Virus record (IMG/VR): IMGVR_UViG_3300032038_000060
Coordinates: 1 to 64,000 of that record
Origin: a virus
Lineage: Duplodnaviria > Caudoviricetes
Direction: 5' to 3' (one strand)
Length of the DNA stretch: 64,000 nt
Shown: piece after piece, positions 46,059-54,900 of the stretch
Position numbering within the stretch: the first letter of the stretch is position 1
Layout: every line of letters begins with the position of its first letter
Notes under the pieces: generated by a model
Told to the model about the DNA's origin: nothing
What the model saw: the letters and a program-made list of their open reading frames with translations, nothing else
Databases searched by the model: none
Program-made: the position numbers and the translations under genes

Positions 46059-48029
46059 ATGAATATCGGACTATTATCAATTTTGCACAACAAAATATGG
46101 GACTTCCGCCCAGATATGGCACAGACCTATGCCAATGCGCTGAAGAATGCCATTGAGTTGCAACTTGACAATGACATCGAGAAGCAGCATGGCTACTTCC
46201 TTTCAAAGAAGGGTTATAAGGACAAGGATGGCAAGATTGTTGGTGCCAACTTCGAGGATAAGTTGTATGTCGGCAATATCTATCGTGTAGAGGATCACCT
46301 TTACTGGGACGGCGAGGAACTGGCCGACGATGACCAGATTATTGATGTCGTTGTAGTTGACGGCCCTATCACCCGTGACGGTGGTGGCTGTTCTTATGGC
46401 TCAAAGGACTGGCGTGACCAGGTGTTATATGCTAACACTATTCCGCAGGTGGTGGGCCATCTGTTCATCATTAACACTCCAGGCGGAGAGGCTGCAGCCC
46501 GTAACGACTATGAGATGATGATTAACGACTGCCGTGAGAAAGGTAAGCCCACTGTTGCCTTCGTGGATGGCATGTGTGCATCATCAGGCGTTAACCTTGC
46601 TTGTCGCTGTGACCGTGTGATTGTGATGAACCCTAAGGATGAGTTTGGCTGTATCGGCACGATGGCTGCCTTTTGGGCAGTAGCTCACGATACTGTTGAC
46701 CAGGACGGCTACCGCTATGTCGAACTTGTCGGCAAGGATTGTCCTGAGAAGAACGCCTGGTGGCGTGAAGCTGCCAAAGGTGAGTATGAGAAACTGCAGG
46801 CAGACCTCGACAAGGACACAGTGGAGTTCCATCAGACTGTCCGTGAGAATCGCCCATTGGTTACTGACGATATGCTTTCAGGGAAGGTGTTCGAGGCACA
46901 GGAGGTCATCCCTGCACTCGTAGATGAGATAGGTAGCATGGAGCGTGCCATTGAATGTATCTTCGCACTTGCCAACGAGGAGATGCAGGCTGCACGCTTT
47001 ATGACTGCACCAGAGCCTAACGGAGAAGGCGGTGAACCGGAGCCCGGAAACGAACCGGAGGAACTGGCTAAGCTCAATGCACAGCAGAAGGCTGCCATCA
47101 ATAAGGAAAAAGGAAATCTTACAGTTGTTGACGACGGCCATGTCTCCGCCGAGAGACAAGGAATGTTTGGTCCACACATGGAAGAAATAGCAACCCCTAA
47201 AAACGATAAAGAAATGACAGACGAAGAGAAGAAGGCCCAGGAGGCTGCAGCAGCCCAGGCCGCAGAAAAGAAAGAAGAAGCAGCACAGGCAGAAACCCAA
47301 GGGGCTGAAGCTCCCGCTGCTGATGGAACCGATGAAGGTACACAGGAAGGTGCCGGAAATGGTTCAGGCGAAGGTGCAGGCACTGAAGGTGCAGGCACTG
47401 AAGGTACTGGCGAAGGTACTGGAGAAGGTGCTGGTACAGGAGGAACAGGCGAAGGCACTGGTTCTGAAGGTACTGGAGAAGGTGCTGGTTCCGAGGGTAC
47501 TGGTTCCGAGGGTACTGGCGAAGGAACAGGTACAGAAGGGACTGGCGAAGGTGCCGGAGAGGGCGCAGGCTCTGACGGTGCAACTATCGAGAACGCTCAG
47601 GCCGAAATCGACAAGATCAGCGAGACCCTGCACAACGCAGAGCAGATGATTGCCGACAAGGACAAAGAGATTGCTGAACTGAAGGCTGCTGCCGAAGAGA
47701 AGGAGACAGACTTTAAGGCAAAGGAAGTAGCTATCGAAACACTTACAAAGGAGCGTGACGATGCTAACTCTCAACTCTCAACTCTTAACTCTCAACTCTC
47801 AGAGAAGGACGCTACTATCGAGACACTCACCAAGCAGGTCGCTGATCTTCAGGCAGAAGTCAAGGAGTTGGCGGGCAAGCCAGGCTCTATGACTAACGAG
47901 CAGGCAGGCATCCCAGCCGGCAACGGCATAGGCGACGCTCCGAAGGTACACCAGAAGCGCATCACCCGCGAGAACATGACCTACGAGCACTGTCGCGAGG
48001 TAGCCAAGGAACGCCAGGCACAGAAGTAA
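46059..48029 (+). CDS. S49/ClpP-like prohead protease fused to a scaffold domain
   Basis: Start MNIGLL. 'INTPGG', 'VDGMCASSG' and 'GCIGTM' motifs, an EGAG/TEGTG repeat linker, then a coiled coil. Directly upstream of the capsid gene. Confidence 0.85.
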   Translation: MNIGLLSILHNKIWDFRPDMAQTYANALKNAIELQLDNDIEKQHGYFLSKKGYKDKDGKIVGANFEDKLYVGNIYRVEDHLYWDGEELADDDQIIDVVVVDGPITRDGGGCSYGSKDWRDQVLYANTIPQVVGHLFIINTPGGEAAARNDYEMMINDCREKGKPTVAFVDGMCASSGVNLACRCDRVIVMNPKDEFGCIGTMAAFWAVAHDTVDQDGYRYVELVGKDCPEKNAWWREAAKGEYEKLQADLDKDTVEFHQTVRENRPLVTDDMLSGKVFEAQEVIPALVDEIGSMERAIECIFALANEEMQAARFMTAPEPNGEGGEPEPGNEPEELAKLNAQQKAAINKEKGNLTVVDDGHVSAERQGMFGPHMEEIATPKNDKEMTDEEKKAQEAAAAQAAEKKEEAAQAETQGAEAPAADGTDEGTQEGAGNGSGEGAGTEGAGTEGTGEGTGEGAGTGGTGEGTGSEGTGEGAGSEGTGSEGTGEGTGTEGTGEGAGEGAGSDGATIENAQAEIDKISETLHNAEQMIADKDKEIAELKAAAEEKETDFKAKEVAIETLTKERDDANSQLSTLNSQLSEKDATIETLTKQVADLQAEVKELAGKPGSMTNEQAGIPAGNGIGDAPKVHQKRITRENMTYEHCREVAKERQAQK

Positions 48030-48088
48030 CAACAGACAAACAACACAATTAACAGTTTTTATTCACTCATTCAAACACAAACACAACT

Positions 48089-49375
48089 ATGGCTTACGCA
48101 CTAAACATTTCTGACATCCAGCATGTCAAAGAGCAAATCCATGAGGAACTGGTGGCCAAGGCTTACCTGCTCGACGATGCCATGTTCGGTAATCTCGGTA
48201 TCATGGTGACAACAGACGTTGAGAATATCGACGTTTGTCAGATTTTCAACCGTAAGGGCCTTGTGGCACGTCCTTATCGTGTGGGCAACGTGAAGAACTC
48301 ACAGCTTGCTAAGATTGTGGACAACCCTGCAAAGGTTGAGCCTTACTACATCAAGGCAGAGGACTCTATCGAGCGCTACCGTGAGAAGGGCCCATTCAAC
48401 GTGGTTAACGCCGCTGACGAGGCAGTCATGTCTCGTAAGAACATGGAGGAGATTGCAGGTCGTGCCGCAGAGGACGTCCGCTTCAATATCTTCTTCGGTA
48501 ACAAGGCTAACCGTAACCTGCAGGACATTCCTGCAAATCAGGTGAAGCTGGGTCTCTCTCTGTTCGATGGTTTCTACACTCTCATTGCACAGAAGCGTAC
48601 AGACGGTACTATCAGCGTTGCCAACCGCAACCTGATAATGACCGGTGGTTTGACAAAGATCGTTGGCGGCAATACTGTTGCCCTGACTCCTGTAGAGGTT
48701 TACGAGTTGCTGACAAAGTTCTACGCTGCTCTTCATCCTCACATGAAGAAGCCAGAGAACAAGCTCACTATCCTCGCTTCTGACGAGTTCTGCCGCTTGG
48801 CTGTGAAGGGTTACATGCTTACCTTCCCACAGATTTCTCCGACTATCCTGGAGAATAACTGGAAGTTTGCCGAGATGCCTAACCTGACGCTGAAGACTTC
48901 AGCTGCTATGGGTACCGGCGGTCAGCTCATTGCTACCTGCCGCGAGGACATCCTGGAGTTCATCTGTGACGTTCGCGAGGGTAAGGCAAACATCCGTATC
49001 GGCCAGACCAACGACGACCTGTCAATCATTGGCTACCAGATTAACTCTGCTGCCACAACACGTATCCGTGATTACGACCCAATGTACTTCGCCTGCAACG
49101 ACGCAGTCAACACTTACGACTGGACTCCTGGTCAGTACATTGCTGACATCTTCACTGTCACCAGTGCTGACGAGAACGAGGGTACTGTTGCTATCACCAG
49201 CGGTCAGAAGGACCTTTACGCTGACGGCGACATCATTCAGGTTACTGCTACTCCACAGACTGGCTTCAAATTCGTGGGCTGGAGCGACGGTCAGAAGAAC
49301 TTCACTGACAACCCACTTAACTACGAGTTCGGCGGCGGCGTGAAGAACCTCGTCGCACAGTTCGAGACTGCGTAG
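48089..49375 (+). CDS. Major capsid protein with a C-terminal InlB-B/Ig-like domain
   Basis: 428 aa after the protease. 'DGFYTLI'. C-terminal 'GTVAI...IQVTATPQTGFKFVGWSDG...LVAQFE'. Confidence 0.75.
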   Translation: MAYALNISDIQHVKEQIHEELVAKAYLLDDAMFGNLGIMVTTDVENIDVCQIFNRKGLVARPYRVGNVKNSQLAKIVDNPAKVEPYYIKAEDSIERYREKGPFNVVNAADEAVMSRKNMEEIAGRAAEDVRFNIFFGNKANRNLQDIPANQVKLGLSLFDGFYTLIAQKRTDGTISVANRNLIMTGGLTKIVGGNTVALTPVEVYELLTKFYAALHPHMKKPENKLTILASDEFCRLAVKGYMLTFPQISPTILENNWKFAEMPNLTLKTSAAMGTGGQLIATCREDILEFICDVREGKANIRIGQTNDDLSIIGYQINSAATTRIRDYDPMYFACNDAVNTYDWTPGQYIADIFTVTSADENEGTVAITSGQKDLYADGDIIQVTATPQTGFKFVGWSDGQKNFTDNPLNYEFGGGVKNLVAQFETA

Positions 49376-49486
49376 TTCTCTCGCATCGGAGGTGCTGCGG
49401 GGTGAGTAAGAAGGCCCCTGAAAGCCCTGCCCTCTGACTTTTCTTACTGATTATTTTTCACAACAACACAAACACAAATTAGAATT

Positions 49487-50080
49487 ATGGCTTGCAATTT
49501 TAATTCCGTCCTGAAAGGCGCAAACGCCTGTAAGGAAAACCCCGCTGGCGTATCGAACTATTGCATGATTGTTCCTTTCGCCAACGCTGTCGATATGACA
49601 AGTGAGGACGGCTTCATTGATAGCGTGGAGATCAATGAGGAGAAGAACCAGTACAACATTATTCCAACAGGCTCTGGCACAACTTTGAAGGGCTACCGCG
49701 TGGACTTCAAGAATCAGACTGGTCAGGTGACTTCTGAGGACAACGGTTCTGGTAAGGGTAACACCGTCACTGGTACTGGCCGTGTAGAGATAGGCATCGA
49801 CGAGATGGCCGTACTCTCTCGCACACTGTCTAACCTCGACGGTAACTTCCTCGCTTTCTTCCCAACTGGTATCAAGAAGGATCCAACAGGTGGCAGTAAT
49901 CCTGTCACAGAGTGGTTGGTTGTCGGCAACCCACAGGGCGACATCTCTTGGAGCCGCGCTTCCGACACGGGCGCCGCACGTCAGGACGATCACGGTGTAA
50001 CTTTTACTGTTTCCTGTGATTTCCAGGTTTATGATACCGTTAAGTTCTACGGCGAAATCAATCAGGCTGACGCTCAGTAA
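49487..50080 (+). CDS. Probable major tail (tube) protein
   Basis: 197 aa, beta-rich, 'CKENPAGV' and 'DTGAARQDDHGVTFTV'. Follows the capsid gene. Confidence 0.5.
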   Translation: MACNFNSVLKGANACKENPAGVSNYCMIVPFANAVDMTSEDGFIDSVEINEEKNQYNIIPTGSGTTLKGYRVDFKNQTGQVTSEDNGSGKGNTVTGTGRVEIGIDEMAVLSRTLSNLDGNFLAFFPTGIKKDPTGGSNPVTEWLVVGNPQGDISWSRASDTGAARQDDHGVTFTVSCDFQVYDTVKFYGEINQADAQ

Positions 50081-50101
50081 GCATCACCACAATCTTTATA
50101 A

Positions 50102-50138
50102 AACCGAGGCTCGGGCTTAGGTAGCCTGAGCCTCGGTT
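50102..50138 (+). terminator. Strong hairpin terminator after the capsid/tail tube genes
   Basis: aaccgaggctc (50102-50112) pairs with gagcctcggtt (50128-50138). Confidence 0.8.
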
Positions 50139-50181
50139 ATTAGTTTACAATTTACAGTTTATAGTTTAGAGAAATCGAGTT

Positions 50182-50787
50182 ATGCACTTGATTGAACCTT
50201 GTTGCTCACAGAGACATTTACGAGAGTTGCGCAACGCCATTGCGAAAGGCGGCACGATGGACTTCAAGGGCTACGGCGACCTGAGTCTAACGGAGTTGCT
50301 GGGGCCACTGCTGGCACGATACAACGGTGTAGAGATGATGATTATAGCACCGACATTACCTGACCAGGCTGCGGAGATTATTGACAGATGGATGCGCAAG
50401 AAATGGGCAAGAATGGATGGTAGGGGAGAGGTGGATGCTATCAGTCACCTTACCATCATTGCCAAACTGGAGAAGGAAAAGTCTGACTATATCTTCGCAT
50501 GGCTGAAGAATAAACCTTTTGGCGACCGTCTGACGCTCATAGACATTGAGCAGGAAGATACGGCAATACTGCTGCCGGACTTTGCCATTACCGGACCTGT
50601 GAATATGCGCTATGGCAATAACTTTGTGGCAACGGCAACGACCATGCCGGAGAAGATTAAGGAGTTGTGGGAGCGATTTCGTAATTACGAGGGCGGCGCT
50701 CGTAATAACAAAATAACGGAGTCGCGGGATATCGAAAAAAAGAAAGCCGCCACAAAGAAAAAGAGAACCCCAAAACAAAAGAAGTAG
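50182..50787 (+). CDS. Hypothetical protein, possibly a degenerate PLD-like fold
   Basis: 'DLSLTELL', 'MIIAPTL' and 'FAITGPVNM' follow the PLD-nuclease scaffold, but there is no HxK. Confidence 0.4.
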   Translation: MHLIEPCCSQRHLRELRNAIAKGGTMDFKGYGDLSLTELLGPLLARYNGVEMMIIAPTLPDQAAEIIDRWMRKKWARMDGRGEVDAISHLTIIAKLEKEKSDYIFAWLKNKPFGDRLTLIDIEQEDTAILLPDFAITGPVNMRYGNNFVATATTMPEKIKELWERFRNYEGGARNNKITESRDIEKKKAATKKKRTPKQKK

Positions 50788-50791
50788 CGCT

Positions 50792-51292
50792 ATGACTAAT
50801 TGTAAGGAATTTGTTCTCGACGACCTTATGGCCATTACTGCCATACCCGTCAGCGATATATCAGCAGGCGACCCTGACTCGCCTGTCAACAGACTCACGC
50901 CTACCATTCCTGCAGAATACTTCAATCCAACTATGGACAATGCCATTGTCATTGGTAGGCAGCCAGCAACGACAGACGGTGTACTCATCCCCATCAAGCG
51001 TATGTCAGGTAAGGCGAAGGACGATGTGTCTGACAGCGTGGCAGGTCGGCTGCATACAGTCAGCGTATCCTGTGAGGTTGATGACCGCGATGCAGAAGTG
51101 TGGAACCATCTGCTTACACTGGAACGCACACCAAGTCATCTGCTGCTGATGTTTCGTGGCGGCAACAGGGCTTTCGTTCCTGTCACCGAAGATACATACC
51201 AATGCAGCGTAGAGCGTGACGGGGCCAAGACATCCGCCAGCTTCAAAATACAATGCCTTATGGGCATGCAACTTATCGTGCCTATGAGTTGA
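50792..51292 (+). CDS. Hypothetical phage structural protein (gene X)
   Basis: 166 aa. A diverged 5' fragment recurs at 51734-51844. Confidence 0.65.
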   Translation: MTNCKEFVLDDLMAITAIPVSDISAGDPDSPVNRLTPTIPAEYFNPTMDNAIVIGRQPATTDGVLIPIKRMSGKAKDDVSDSVAGRLHTVSVSCEVDDRDAEVWNHLLTLERTPSHLLLMFRGGNRAFVPVTEDTYQCSVERDGAKTSASFKIQCLMGMQLIVPMS

Positions 51293-51298
51293 TTTCCA

Positions 51299-51486
51299 TG
51301 TCGGGGTGGAAATAAAAAATCCCCCGACATTACAATAAGAAGTACCACCAACTTATTATATTAAAAGCCTAACCGCAGCTGTCGGGGGAGATAATTTCCC
51401 TTTATCGCTGTGATTAGGCTAATTATATTTATTCTAAAGTAGTGGTACTGGGTGCAAAATTAGTTATTTTATTTCAAACAAACAAA
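51299..51486 (-). ncRNA. Candidate structured RNA with its own host-type promoter
   Basis: Promoter TTTG-N20-TAATTTTG at 51455-51486. Pairings agtaccac/gtggtact, agcctaa/ttaggct and tcccccgaca/tgtcggggga, then a T-run. Confidence 0.55.
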
Positions 51487-51496
51487 TTTTTGCACG

Positions 51497-51730
51497 ATGA
51501 AAATTGTAAAAATTATCAGATTCGGTAAAGAAGTGTTAAAAACGATGTCAGATTATGGCGTCAAAGAGGGTGACTGGAGGTACATCGACCTGTACGAGGA
51601 ATACAGGGAGATGCGCCGGAAGGGTTTTAAGTACAGATTTGTCATCATGCAACTCTCCATGACACACTGCATCAGCAAATCCAAGGTAGAAAGGATAATC
51701 CGCCGCCTCGGACAGGATGTGAAATGTTAG
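51497..51730 (+). CDS. Small HTH DNA-binding protein
   Basis: 'FVIMQLSMTHCISKSKVERIIRRL' is a helix-turn-helix. Confidence 0.7.
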   Translation: MKIVKIIRFGKEVLKTMSDYGVKEGDWRYIDLYEEYREMRRKGFKYRFVIMQLSMTHCISKSKVERIIRRLGQDVKC

Positions 51731-51733
51731 TCG

Positions 51734-51844
51734 TTAGGAAACAAAAAGCCCTATATCGTACTCGGACATAGGGCTGTGGTCTGTTACCGGAATGGCGGTA
51801 ATCGCCATCAGGTCGTCGAGGATAAATTCTTTACAGTTGTTCAT
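51734..51844 (-). pseudogene. Truncated, inverted paralog of gene X (50792)
   Basis: MNNCKEFILDDLMAITAIPVTD versus MTNCKEFVLDDLMAITAIPVSD. It then runs into a hairpin (agccctat/atagggct) and stops after 36 aa. Confidence 0.85.
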
Positions 51845-51904
51845 ATATTATATTGTTGTTTTTTTGCGTGAAAAAGATTTATGGAAAAATATAAAAGAAT
51901 AAAA

Positions 51905-54900
51905 TTATTGTTTGTAATATCCAAACATTGTTCTGGATTCTCTGAATTTAACTATATTGTCGCTATCGACATATATATAGCCCATAGGAACAAGTTGACT
52001 GCCGTTATGCTTAACCATGCGTACATAAGAATTTTTATGAATGTCAAAAGTATCTTTGGAAAAGTCAAACCACGTACCAGAACCCCCGTAAGCATCCCCT
52101 ATATGAATCTTTCTCCCAATATTAGCACTTTGAATTGTTCCAGACTCGAAGTAACAAAAATCCCCTCTTATGTCACCATTAAAATCGCCATAAGCGTTGT
52201 TAAGCGCGGTTTTTCCGTTGTCACCATTGACAGCGAAGTTGGGCAAGAAATAACATGTATTTAATTTAAACCAAGCAACGTAGCAACTATTTGCATCATT
52301 GGATTTGTCAAATCTTATTCTATATTCTCCCTCATCCCTTACTGCGAACTGGCAAGACGCTCGTTGATAACCTTGTGTGTCCGGTGAAAATATTGTGGTT
52401 AATTCTACAGGGTAGTCAACATCGTCTGGGGCAATTACTTTGCATAAATTCACTTTTGCACAATCCTTGCACCTTGCAGTAATTGTAAGTATGGTGTTAG
52501 CAGGTAGTGTTATAGGTGGGAAATCTTCCGAATCCTCTCCGTATGGAAAATATATAGGCTGTGTACGAAGAGTTTCATCATCTATTAAAGATTCTCCGCT
52601 TATGCTTGGATTGTCGTTTATAAACGTTAGGATGGGGGCGTTATTTATTTTGTCTGCATACCCCGTTAGACCTTCCCAGTAGCACAAATCGTAGTTAATG
52701 GTAGAATCAACATCGGCAGATTCCCCCTTCCATTGTCCCGACTTGGAAAACAACCAAGGGTCGTTTATAATAAATGCCCCAAAATTAGCAAATTTACCAA
52801 ATATAGCTTCGGTAATAAGGTACTTGAACTTGCTCTGCATTTGTTCCCAATTAGGATTTGATGTGCTCGGCGTTCCCATATCGTGCATGGAAATGGAATC
52901 ATTCACATCTCCTACAGGGTTGTAAACGTAATACTCTCCCAAATACTCAAAATATGGGGCTACCGAATCATTGACAAGATAAGCAAAAGAATCATTTTCC
53001 CACGGCTGTGCGTAATAGTATGAGCGGCCACGCTTACCGCGAGAGCCAGGCGCTCCGTCTGTTCCATAAACCCCTTTCGGAATGTTAGCGTCGGCCACCT
53101 GCTTACCGTCTATTTTCAAAATAGCAAGGAAAGTTTTCTCACCGTTCCATGCGCGACCATTACGATTGTTTGTGGAGAAGGCTCCATTGTTAATAGTAAT
53201 AATGTCTGGATTAGGATCGATTCTCTCTCGATTGCCATTTTCTAACACAAAGTATAGTTCCAGCATTTCCATAGTTAGCCCCGTAAACACCGTGGTATTA
53301 CCTCCGTCAGCCTTATAGACAATGCCTCGGATGTCAACAATATTTCTTGCCGTATTCGGGTTATATGCAAAGGTGCTGTCGGTGAACTCTATCTTATATA
53401 CCACAGCATTGTCGCCCTTGAAGCGGCCTTCATCTTGCCAGCCGTTGGCAGTGGCGCGATAGAGGTGGTTGTCTAACCTGCAGACAAACATTGTGCCGTC
53501 AGGATAATCGTTTTCGCCATAACCCTTCCATACGTAGCCGCTGGAGCCATCAGTTTCGCAGACGGCAATTCTGTACTGACTACTGCTGTTATAGGAAAGG
53601 AGGTCTATCTTCCCCAGCAGGCTTGCCGATGCAGCAGGGCGATTATTGCCCTGGTCATCCTTGCTGTACAAGTAGTCGGCATATCCCCTTATGGCATCCA
53701 TGCCTTTTTCGCCTGTCAGCCGGATATAACTTGTGCTACTTGCAGTACCGCTTCCATCCTTTTTCACAACCTTTGACCACAGGTATGGCTTGGCAGTAGT
53801 TACTTCTATAGGGCTGTCACTCCATGTGGTAATATCGCTTGGTGCGGTCTCTGCGTTGGTTGTAGTCTTATATTGCGAAATGCCAAATGAGTAGTCTGTT
53901 TCACTTCCGTTCTCTCCGACAATCTTCATGGCAGCACCCCATGTCGTACCATCTTCAGATGTGCGCATCCAGACATCGCCAGTCTGGAAAGGTGAATGCC
54001 AGTTGGAGCCGTCAGCACTATACTGCGCAATGATGCTTGTTCCGTCGGTGCCGTCGGTGACAACAGGGATAGTCTCTTTGTCAACGAGTACTCCGCTCGT
54101 ATTTGGCACATACAGCTCATACACTATGCCGGTATTTACATCGGCAGGGTTAACAGGGCCGTTCATTCTGAGAACGCCGTCAACGTATGTCTTCAGCACA
54201 AAACCTGTTGTGACCGCTGTCCTGCTGTTGCCATCGGTTTTGATGACGGAGCAAGTGATGTTGCTGTTTGGTTCTGTGCCGCCGTTTTTCTTTTTGACAA
54301 TCTCCGAAGCCGACGGGTTAAGGCTATACAATACGGCATTGGTTCCATCGGCTCCAGGTCGAACACCGTTAACAGTAAACGTCAGTTGCTTTGATTCGCC
54401 TCCTGCACTTGCATTGATAGTGAAGTGCTCGACATTATTAACACTTTCACCTTCGTCATTAAGGAATCTGAAGATAATGGTGGCTCTGTTGTTTTCATAC
54501 GACACTTTAATTTTCAGGCTTGACATATCCCTACATTCAGCCCAAGTGCTGCCGCCATAGTAATCAGCGGTAAAGGTTTCTTCTGTATCCTCTCTGACAA
54601 TAGATGTGATTGATAAACCTGTCATCAGGGTATTGCCTCTGAACATGCTCACATGGGTTTCTACATCCTGTTCACTAACAACAAAGCCTTCTTTGTCACA
54701 TGCCACAGAATCCATTTCATTGTCGATGTCGGCGAAGACAGGACTTGTTCCGTCCTTACCGTCTTCGCCTGTCATGCGGAAATATTTCGGTGTGCCTACG
54801 GTTTCGCTGCCGCCGGTGAAGGAATGCTTTACCTGCTTGCACCACAGGTAAGGCATAGCGTTCGTTGTTGGTACGGGTCCATCCTGCCACTGCTGATAGC

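Noticed and set aside
49423-49460. Late-promoter-like words before the tail tube gene
   Set aside because: The upstream box is degenerate (TGCCCTCT) and the spacing to tatttttc is wrong.
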